A model generated the notes under the pieces. It saw nothing but the letters and a program-made list of their open reading frames with translations. It did no database searches and was not told where the DNA came from. Of a stretch of DNA of 21,586 nucleotides, positions 1 through 6,895 are shown piece after piece (within the stretch, counting starts at the first letter, position 1; each line of letters begins with the position of its first letter). The translations under genes were made by a program, and so were the position numbers. The DNA comes from Candidatus Micrarchaeota archaeon (lineage in GTDB: Archaea > Micrarchaeota > Micrarchaeia > Norongarragalinales > Norongarragalinaceae): the NCBI GenBank assembly GCA_037444485.1, contig JBBIMI010000013.1, forward strand, positions 1 through 21,586. Direction: 5' to 3'.

Positions 1-452
1 TCAAATTCTTTGACTACTGGCTGCAGCTTCTCAATGAACCCTCCAGTCATTTCCCTCGCTTTTCCTACAACTTCAGCATCTTCAATCCCTACATTAGCGC
101 CTTTCAGTTGTTGCGCCAACTGCAGCGAATGCGCAAACAGCGTCTCGTAAAGATTGACGATTTTTATTTTTTTCTGCGTGTATTCGAAGTACTCTTTTCT
201 GCTTTCCTTGGAAATCGGTTTTTCCAGTAAGTCCGAAAACTCTTTCAAATCCTTCAACGCTTTAACGCCTTCTGATGATGCACCCTCCGAAAAATCGAGG
301 TTCTCGAGAAAACTATGCACTTCATTAAACCTTGTCCCCTGCACTGTATGGTAGGACAATCCCTTGAGTACTGTGTTTGTTAACTCGTCGTGCAGTTTTT
401 TGGTTGGTTCCGTCGCCTTCCCAGAACCGCGCAGCCAGCGCCGCCACGCCAA
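1..452 (-). CDS. Hypothetical protein, 3' end runs off the left edge (>=150 aa; not in ORF track)
   Basis: Manual translation from TTG at 452: MAWRRWLRGSGKATEPTKKLHDELTNTVLKGLSYHTVQGTRFNEVHSFLENLDF...KLQPVVKEF, with no stop before position 1. GAGGTGA SD at 466-460, TATA-like TTTATTAA at 495-488, in-frame TGA further upstream. K/E-rich and helical-looking; no recognisable motif. Confidence 0.8.
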   Translation of the reverse strand, partial: MAWRRWLRGSGKATEPTKKLHDELTNTVLKGLSYHTVQGTRFNEVHSFLENLDFSEGASSEGVKALKDLKEFSDLLEKPISKESRKEYFEYTQKKIKIVNLYETLFAHSLQLAQQLKGANVGIEDAEVVGKAREMTGGFIEKLQPVVKEF

Positions 453-459
453 AAACGCA

Positions 460-495
460 TCACCTCTCAATACTGGAAGAAAACAACTTAATAAA
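460..495 (-). promoter_or_regulatory. Putative archaeal TATA box plus Shine-Dalgarno for the leftmost gene
   Basis: Minus strand reads TTTATTAA (495-488), then GAGGTGA (466-460), then TTG (452). Spacing fits archaeal promoter/RBS geometry. Confidence 0.55.
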
Positions 496-708
496 TTTAC
501 TGGTCGTCAAAGACTCTGCAACCAGTTTTACCGCCTGCGCTATTACCTCGCGCGCGAGTTGAATGTTTTCAGGCAACGACCAAATAATTTGCAGGCCAGC
601 GAATGGCGTGCTCGAGTACTGGGCCAAACCAGGTTTTTTCAAGTTAGTTCAACCATTCATTCAACTCTAACCCGTTCGTTCGATTCGCTCGACTCTGTGC
701 AACAAAAA

Positions 709-790
709 CTTTTTAACTTTTTTCTTTTTTTCTTTTTTTTCTTTCCTCGTCTTTTCTTTTTTTCTTTTTTTCATTTCTGCTTCTGCTTTT
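709..790. repeat. Low-complexity T/C tract (A/G on the coding strand) at and after the P-loop kinase stop
   Basis: About 80 nt made almost entirely of T runs broken by C. Confidence 0.8.
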
Positions 791-1478
791 TTAAGTTCCT
801 TATGTAGTCAATCACGCGCCGCGTCAACATTTTCGTCCTTTCAGGCAAAATTCCTAGTTCAAAACTCGTTGCGAAAGGCACGTAAATTACGTTGTTTTCC
901 TCGAATTCCTTCAAATTCTCTTCTTTTATTACTGCTGGACTTTCTGTAAGCTTACTCGTTTTCGGATTCTTGCGGAGTTCAGCGTAACGCTTTGGCCCGA
1001 CTAACGACCCAAACCTGTTTTCGCCCGCGGCTTCTGCAGCCGCGATGCGTTCTTCAGCTTTTTCGCTAGTGGTTAAACACTCTATAAAAAAAACTTTCGC
1101 GCCGAAATCCCGCGCGATTTCATACAATGATTCGCGCTGGCTTTTGTTGATAAACGTTCCGGTAGCCACCGCCAAGCCTTTCTCATTCAAATCATTTTTT
1201 ATCCTGCGCATAAGCTCGTTGTAAATCTTATCCCGCTCTCTAGGCGAAAAAGCACCTTCGTTAATGCCTTCCAAACTTTTCTTGATAAGACTTCTCTCGA
1301 CGAATTCGTTTCTAATTTCGTCAGTCGAATGCACTTTGATAGGTTCAGGCAAGCCTGAGAGTTCGCTCAAGTGCTTGGAAATGCTGTAGGCAACCGTGCT
1401 TTTACCGCGCCCTAGCGCGCCGACGATGGCGATTATGACGCGCTGTTCACCGAACGGTTTTCCGCCTTCTTTAAACAC
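771..1478 (-). CDS. P-loop kinase, AAA_33 / gluconate-kinase-like family
   Basis: Walker A GALGRGKST after hydrophobic strand IIAIV. STDEIR (S-D-x-x-R family motif), AVATGTF (variant of the vilDATF strand) and FFIEC...EERI lid region. Confidence 0.8.
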   Translation of the reverse strand: MFKEGGKPFGEQRVIIAIVGALGRGKSTVAYSISKHLSELSGLPEPIKVHSTDEIRNEFVERSLIKKSLEGINEGAFSPRERDKIYNELMRRIKNDLNEKGLAVATGTFINKSQRESLYEIARDFGAKVFFIECLTTSEKAEERIAAAEAAGENRFGSLVGPKRYAELRKNPKTSKLTESPAVIKEENLKEFEENNVIYVPFATSFELGILPERTKMLTRRVIDYIRNLKKQKQK

Positions 1479-1546
1479 GTTGTTCCCGTCCTTGAACGCT
1501 CTTTGACTCTATGAAGAATCCGAACGCTCGTGTTCGTTCAAGATTC

Positions 1547-2482
1547 TTATGTTAATTCGTTTATTAAACTCTTTATCTTATAGAGCGAAAGGCTGGACTT
1601 GCCCGAGCACACTACAACATCCCGCCTACCGTACCACTTAGCCCGCTTGTTGTCTTCGATTCTTTGCAACCGTTTCAACAACAGCGTCAAGTCAATGTTC
1701 TTGCTCTCTTTACCCGTCCTCACGCCGATTACCATCTCATTTTTTGACTCTCTGCGCAGGACTACTGGCGTCTCCGCAGCCGCGTAAACCGCGATTCCTG
1801 AGACGATAAAGTTTTCGTGTAGTAGCTTGCGCGAGTCAAGCACGCTCAAAAAATTGTTTTCCTTGCGCAACCGTCTTCGCGCTACGGTGATAGCCTTTTC
1901 GATTGCTTGAAGTCCAGCTTTATAGTCTTTAGAGAAAGCTTCAATGTTTCGAATTGCTCTCCCTAGTTTTTCAACGCTTGACCGTAAGAAAATCGTTTTC
2001 CGCTTCAACGAACTCAATTTTTTTAATTCTAGCGCCTTGTTCAACCAGCCAAGCATCGCGTAAAAAAGCTTTCTCTCCCGCCTGCCGCGAATGCGATAAT
2101 CGCCGCTGAACGCAGTGAAATCGCCGAACACCGCCGTTTCCCGCAATAGCCGCTCTTGTTTCAACGCCGCGCGCGGATTGGCGAACGCGAATACCGACAA
2201 CAGCGCGTCAGCGTCGAAATTGTCTGTGCAGACGACGTTATCGCCCTCTAAAACTGTTTTAACGCCTTTTTTTTTGATGAAATCCAAGCATTGTTCAGTT
2301 GAAACGCGTTTTTGAGAATACTCGTCGTGGTGGTCTAGCACTACGAGGTTTTCTAGTTTCTCGGCGTTCTTCCGCCCGATGTTGGAATCAACCAAATAAA
2401 CCGCGTCAAACTCGCGGCACAAGCGCTGAACATGACGCAAGCCAAAAACCTTCAAGCCTACGACCTTAATGTGCATCCCCAT
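1547..2482 (-). CDS. DHH-superfamily phosphoesterase-like protein (DUF6687-like)
   Basis: Motifs YLVD, LDHHD, CTDNFDADALLSVFAFANP, AVFGDF and C-terminal WYGR. The order resembles DUF6687 proteins (HFDxDGLLS...P...GDF...WGGR), recalled from memory and not searched. Confidence 0.65.
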   Translation of the reverse strand: MGMHIKVVGLKVFGLRHVQRLCREFDAVYLVDSNIGRKNAEKLENLVVLDHHDEYSQKRVSTEQCLDFIKKKGVKTVLEGDNVVCTDNFDADALLSVFAFANPRAALKQERLLRETAVFGDFTAFSGDYRIRGRRERKLFYAMLGWLNKALELKKLSSLKRKTIFLRSSVEKLGRAIRNIEAFSKDYKAGLQAIEKAITVARRRLRKENNFLSVLDSRKLLHENFIVSGIAVYAAAETPVVLRRESKNEMVIGVRTGKESKNIDLTLLLKRLQRIEDNKRAKWYGRRDVVVCSGKSSLSLYKIKSLINELT

Positions 2483-2551
2483 TTTTTTAAAGCCCGCCTC
2501 GAGAAAACCTTTTCAAGAAAAAGTCTTATAAGCCTAAACCGATTTAAATAC

Positions 2552-2636
2552 TTAAGATCTTAACTTAATCCATTAAATTATTTAATCCATTAAATTATAA
2601 TTCATCAAAATCAAAAAAATTATTGTATTCATCAAA
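2552..2636. repeat. Repeats in divergent promoter: 12-bp palindrome, 17-bp tandem repeat x2, 10-bp direct repeat x2
   Basis: TTAAGATCTTAA at 2552-2563; TTAATCCATTAAATTAT at 2565-2581 and 2582-2598; ATTCATCAAA at 2600-2609 and 2627-2636. Confidence 0.85.
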
Positions 2637-2687
2637 TTATGAAATGGATTGCTTACAATCAGCGAATCAACGCGGTGAAGAAAAAAA

Positions 2688-3290
2688 ATGGTTGAAAAAA
2701 GAATAACTTCAGTGTCTAAAGCGCACGTGCTTCAATGCGTTTACCTTGGCTTGAACACGAGCGCCGACATAGCGAAAGCTTTAAACACTTTCAAGGAAGC
2801 GGTGGAACGCGAGCTGGCCGCGCTCCAGCACTCTGGCCTAGTAACTGCAGGCGGGGTTATCGGCAAGAAGTACGAGTTGACAGCAGAAGGATTGAATTCG
2901 CTTGGTTCAGCTCGCATTGAATTGACTACAGTGCGAGAGTCAGCTGTCTTAAAAGCCAATACTTACAGCACGCTTTCCATAAGTGCTGTTAACGCAAGCC
3001 AGAAAGCCCCTTGCGCTCGCGGCTTGATTCGCATAATCTCGCCGAAAGTCATGAACGTCACTCGCGTTGGCGGCGCGCAGTACGAGGAAGACCCTGAACA
3101 CAACGTTCTCGACTATTTCCTCCCACAGTTGAATCCAAACGAGAGCATCAACTTGATTTTCGACATGGTCGGCACGCTGCCAGGCGGCATAGTGTCAAGC
3201 AAGTACAAGCTGACGATTCAAGCTTACGTGGGTGAAACGCTTACCGACAAGAAAGAAATCTCTATCCACATCGAAGAACCTGTTTCTTAA
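2688..3290 (+). CDS. Winged helix-turn-helix protein with C-terminal Ig-like beta-sandwich domain
   Basis: N-terminal TSADIAKALNTFKEAVERELAALQHSGLV...KKYELTAEG is a classic wHTH with wing. The C-terminal ~120 aa alternate as beta strands, with a DUF11/CARDB-like LPQLNPNESINLIF. The stop overlaps the convergent HAD stop (TTAA 3287-3290). Confidence 0.75.
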   Translation: MVEKRITSVSKAHVLQCVYLGLNTSADIAKALNTFKEAVERELAALQHSGLVTAGGVIGKKYELTAEGLNSLGSARIELTTVRESAVLKANTYSTLSISAVNASQKAPCARGLIRIISPKVMNVTRVGGAQYEEDPEHNVLDYFLPQLNPNESINLIFDMVGTLPGGIVSSKYKLTIQAYVGETLTDKKEISIHIEEPVS

Positions 3291-4216
3291 CGCTTAAGTT
3301 TCTTTGGATTCAGATTTTTGGATTCTGATTTTAATGCTTTTACGCTTACCATAGTAATAAAACCGGTTTTCGAGCGTTTTTCTACCATCTTTACTCGCCG
3401 CACTCCTAAAAGCCATTCCGTCATTTCCTTGAAACTATGAAACACGTAGTCCGGCTCGTGCTTTAAGAGTTCCCCAACGCTAGCCAAAGGGCTTAACACC
3501 GCAACCGCGGTAACGCCGGCGTTTTTAGCAGCTTTAATGTCTTCAGGATGGTCGCCGACGCTAATGGCTTTTTCAGCGTGCATGCCGCCCAACGCTTTCA
3601 AGATCCCCTCAGGGTCGGGCTTTTGTCTTTCAACGTCTTCTTTTCCCAAGATTTCGATTTTTTCAGCCAGTGCAGGCGCGTGAATGTCAACCCAGTTTTT
3701 AACGCTTGCCTTAGGCGCGTTGCTGCTTAAAACAATCGAAAAACCGTTTTTAATTAAAGCCTGCAGCGCGCCAACAGATTTTTTGAAAGGCTTCGTTGCG
3801 CGCAAGTTCTCCGCACTGTAACGGTGTTTCTCGTAAGCTTCATTCATTTTCTTCAAGACGCTTTCCGAAATTCTTTTGCTCTCGTCAGCTTCGCTTTTCT
3901 CGAAATACTCTCTTATTTTTTTAACGTCGCCTTTTTTAGCGCTTTCCACCAATTTCTTGAAATCGCTTTCGTTTTCGCGGCTCAAGCGCACCAATAGTTT
4001 GAGAAAAGCATTCCTTTCGTTTAAAAAGCCAGCTTCAGGCAATGTCCGCAAACGCTTAATCGTTTTGAAAGGAAAATGCTTTAATCGTTGTGATGTAACT
4101 CCTGTTGTTTTTAAAGCAGCTTGGTACGCTTTTAAAACAGCAGAATCTGCTTGATAGCGTATCACTCCATCAACATCTGAAATTATGAGTTTAACTTGAA
4201 GCGCGTCGAACCGCAT
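3287..4216 (-). CDS. HAD-superfamily phosphatase (subfamily I, phosphoglycolate-phosphatase-like)
   Basis: Motif I ISDVDGVI, motif II LSSN, motif III KPDPEG, motif IV VGDHPEDIKAAKNAG; enlarged helical cap. Confidence 0.93.
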   Translation of the reverse strand: MRFDALQVKLIISDVDGVIRYQADSAVLKAYQAALKTTGVTSQRLKHFPFKTIKRLRTLPEAGFLNERNAFLKLLVRLSRENESDFKKLVESAKKGDVKKIREYFEKSEADESKRISESVLKKMNEAYEKHRYSAENLRATKPFKKSVGALQALIKNGFSIVLSSNAPKASVKNWVDIHAPALAEKIEILGKEDVERQKPDPEGILKALGGMHAEKAISVGDHPEDIKAAKNAGVTAVAVLSPLASVGELLKHEPDYVFHSFKEMTEWLLGVRRVKMVEKRSKTGFITMVSVKALKSESKNLNPKKLKR

Positions 4217-4332
4217 CTAAAACCAACCTAGTTACATGATTTAACACGCGGTGCATCTCCGGTTTTCTTAAACTCTTTTTTACTTTTTTAGTTCAGCGTT
4301 TGCGGTAGTCACGCAACCCCTCCATTCGTTAG

Positions 4333-6816
4333 TCACGCTACAACCTGTCCATTCATTGCCTGGATGAAGTTTGACTTCGGGCTTGCTTTTTTTACTATAG
4401 AGTAGATCTTGTCTGCTAAGATTAAGGCTATCAAGGGTGCTACTAGAAAACCCTCTTTCGGCACCGGAATGTTTTTTATTACTTCCCCATGGTCTTCTCC
4501 AAACGTTTTTTTGCTTAACCTTTCCAAAGCTTCGCCGTGCATCCTCCTCGCGTTTTCCTTAAGTAGGCTGTCGTTCGGTTTTCCAATGTAAAAAGCTACC
4601 CCAATCTTGTTCCTCCCGTCGCTTCGCGCCGCATAAAGCTTTTGAATGATGCTGCCAGAATGCACCGTATGCGCTTTAGAGGGTTGAAGCAACGCGGTCC
4701 AATCTTTTTCTTTTGAGTGAATTGCTTTGAACGACATCCACGCGTCTTGAGTTGATTCCGAAACCGCGCGGACTTTTATAGCCGCGTACACTGGTCCCTT
4801 CTGACTTAAACCGCTAAGCGTTTCTTGAAAGTCGGTAGTTCCAACGCTTTCAGGAAGGTAAATGAGCCTCAGTTTACCGTGAATGTTTCCCTCGTAAGGA
4901 TTTTGGGTGACTTCCTCGAAGCTTTCTTCGATAGGCGTTGTTGTCACGATGTAACCGGGATGCTCTCGCAGTCTTTCCATCAACTTTAACGTTTCATTAC
5001 TTGCTTCAAGCTGTTCCTTGGCAACCGCTTTCTGTTTAACGATTTTCATAAGCGTTTCAAGTTTTTCTGCATTGGAAGCTTTACTATATGCATTGTAAGC
5101 TTTACTATATTCTTTCTCGAAAATTTTAATCGTCTGCTTCTGCGCTTTGGCGAATTTTTTCAACTCCGTCTCGTTATTGTAAACAAGCCAAGGATACTTT
5201 TCTATCAACTCAAACTTAATGTCTTTAAACGCGCTTGTCTCATTCGGGTTGATAATCTTGTAAGCGGGCGTGATTTTCTTTAAACCCCGTTCGTCCGAAA
5301 TCAGGTTGTAACCCCGGTACTCGCATAACAACAGATTCTCGAGCGCTTTAGTGAGTGAACTGCAAGAATTGTCAAGAACTTTTTTCGGCGTTGATTTGGG
5401 TAAAATGTTTTTTTTCTCGGCTTCAATCATGTTTTCAACGTGTGGGCGTAATGCAGTCCAAAAAAAGTCAGCGCGTTTCGATGCGTTCAGACCTTGAAGT
5501 GACTCTTCTGGCAGCGAGGCTTCAAACAGTTTCCGAAGAAAGTAAAGCCTAGAAAGCCGCTTTTCCTGTTTATTCTTAGCTTCAGCTTTTTCTGCGTCTG
5601 TTTTTGCTCCACTCCCAGTTTTTTCAAGAATCTCGTTGTGCTTTTTCTCGAGATTTTTGCTTTCTTCCGTCAAGAACAACCATTCTTCTGGGCTCAGCGT
5701 TTTTAGAAACTGCATATATACTCTTAAAACTTGTTCTTGTCGTTCCGCAAGTTTCTTCAAGTCTTTCCTTTCAACGAATGCTTTAGTCCAGGCGCTCATT
5801 GAAATGCTCGACTTGATAACGCTGCTTGAAAACAAGTCTTCCAACTTGGCTTCAACTTCTCGCCAGAATTCCGGTTTTTCGAACACCGACTTTTCCTCGG
5901 AAACCGGCTCGGGTTTCCCGCTTATTTTCTCGCTTATTTTCTTCAAGTCTTTAAGCAGGTCTCCAGCGTTTCTATAACGGTTTTCACGGTTTTTTTCCAA
6001 CAACTTCATCACGATTTTTGACAATTCTTCTGGAACGTTCGGGTTTAACTTCGCTGGCTCTACTGGTGTTTTCTCTCTTACAGCGTTTTTTAGTTCTCCG
6101 ATAGTCTTTTCTTTTTCTTTGAACGGGTGTTTTCCAGTAAGCATTTCGTACATTACTACCCCAAAGGAAAACAAATCGGAACGCCCATCGAGCAAGGGTT
6201 TTCCAAACTCGCTTTGTTTTTTTGGGTTGTCTGCCAAATCTATTTGTTCTGGCGAAGCGTGGGTCGGCGTTAACGCCTTGGGATTGATTACCGCCATCGA
6301 AGGCGTTGAAATTCCCAAGTCTAGAAGCACCGCCTTGTTTTTCTTGTCGTCTATAATGATGTTTCTAGGCTTCAAATCCCTGTGAATGAGATTATTCTCG
6401 TGAATATGTTTCAACGCTTCAGCAATTTGAGTGGAGTAATTCAAAACAGTTTCTACGGGCAAAGAGTGTTTCTCGTCCAAAATCTTGCGCAGGGTTTTCC
6501 CCCTCACGAAGTCGCTTGCCAGATACACTATCTTCTTGTCCGAGTCGAATCCAATGTCGTGAAGCACCGGAATGTTGGGATGTTTTAAACCCCCGTGCAT
6601 CAATGCTTCGGTGAAAAACATTTCAATAAGAAGGTATTTCTTTTCAACCATCGGCCTCCCGAGCATTAGCATTAACTCTTTTCCCGGCTGCGACTCTAAA
6701 GGCATTAACTTTAAAGCAACAATCTTGTGCGTGTGGGGATGTTCCGCCCTCCAAACAGTGCTGAAACCACCGCTTCCAATCTCTTCCAACAACTTGTATT
6801 CGCCAATCTCCTTCAT
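4333..6816 (-). CDS. Hanks-type Ser/Thr protein kinase (PknB-like N-terminal kinase domain) with ~520-aa uncharacterised soluble C-terminal region
   Basis: Gly loop IGSGGFSTVW, VALK, alphaC Glu (FFTEA), HPNI, HRDLKPRN, DLG (DFG variant), ASPEQ, DGRSDLFSFG, G-x-x-PF, R in NRENRY. No obvious TM helix after the kinase domain. Confidence 0.95.
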   Translation of the reverse strand: MKEIGEYKLLEEIGSGGFSTVWRAEHPHTHKIVALKLMPLESQPGKELMLMLGRPMVEKKYLLIEMFFTEALMHGGLKHPNIPVLHDIGFDSDKKIVYLASDFVRGKTLRKILDEKHSLPVETVLNYSTQIAEALKHIHENNLIHRDLKPRNIIIDDKKNKAVLLDLGISTPSMAVINPKALTPTHASPEQIDLADNPKKQSEFGKPLLDGRSDLFSFGVVMYEMLTGKHPFKEKEKTIGELKNAVREKTPVEPAKLNPNVPEELSKIVMKLLEKNRENRYRNAGDLLKDLKKISEKISGKPEPVSEEKSVFEKPEFWREVEAKLEDLFSSSVIKSSISMSAWTKAFVERKDLKKLAERQEQVLRVYMQFLKTLSPEEWLFLTEESKNLEKKHNEILEKTGSGAKTDAEKAEAKNKQEKRLSRLYFLRKLFEASLPEESLQGLNASKRADFFWTALRPHVENMIEAEKKNILPKSTPKKVLDNSCSSLTKALENLLLCEYRGYNLISDERGLKKITPAYKIINPNETSAFKDIKFELIEKYPWLVYNNETELKKFAKAQKQTIKIFEKEYSKAYNAYSKASNAEKLETLMKIVKQKAVAKEQLEASNETLKLMERLREHPGYIVTTTPIEESFEEVTQNPYEGNIHGKLRLIYLPESVGTTDFQETLSGLSQKGPVYAAIKVRAVSESTQDAWMSFKAIHSKEKDWTALLQPSKAHTVHSGSIIQKLYAARSDGRNKIGVAFYIGKPNDSLLKENARRMHGEALERLSKKTFGEDHGEVIKNIPVPKEGFLVAPLIALILADKIYSIVKKASPKSNFIQAMNGQVVA

Positions 6817-6895
6817 CGCGCTTCCTCTTTCTTTACGCTCCCTGCTCTTTCTCGTGCAGTACTAGTTATTTCGTCGGTGATGCGGTTTAATGTGT

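Noticed and set aside
556..700. 5S rRNA or tRNA
   Set aside because: The size and terminal helix are suggestive, and GTTCGATTC occurs near 678-686. However, I could not build a cloverleaf or find the conserved 5S loop motifs.
709..790. Poly-T terminator for the P-loop kinase (also tracts near 4263-4290 and 10095-10170)
   Set aside because: The T runs are on the plus strand while the genes are on minus, so the transcripts would be A-rich rather than U-rich there.
154..807. Plus-strand ORFs 154-354, 364-807 and 377-562, and minus ORF 460-642
   Set aside because: The plus ORFs overlap the better-supported minus gene (1-452), or gain poly-Phe only from the T tract. ORF 460-642 runs across that gene's promoter and lacks motifs.
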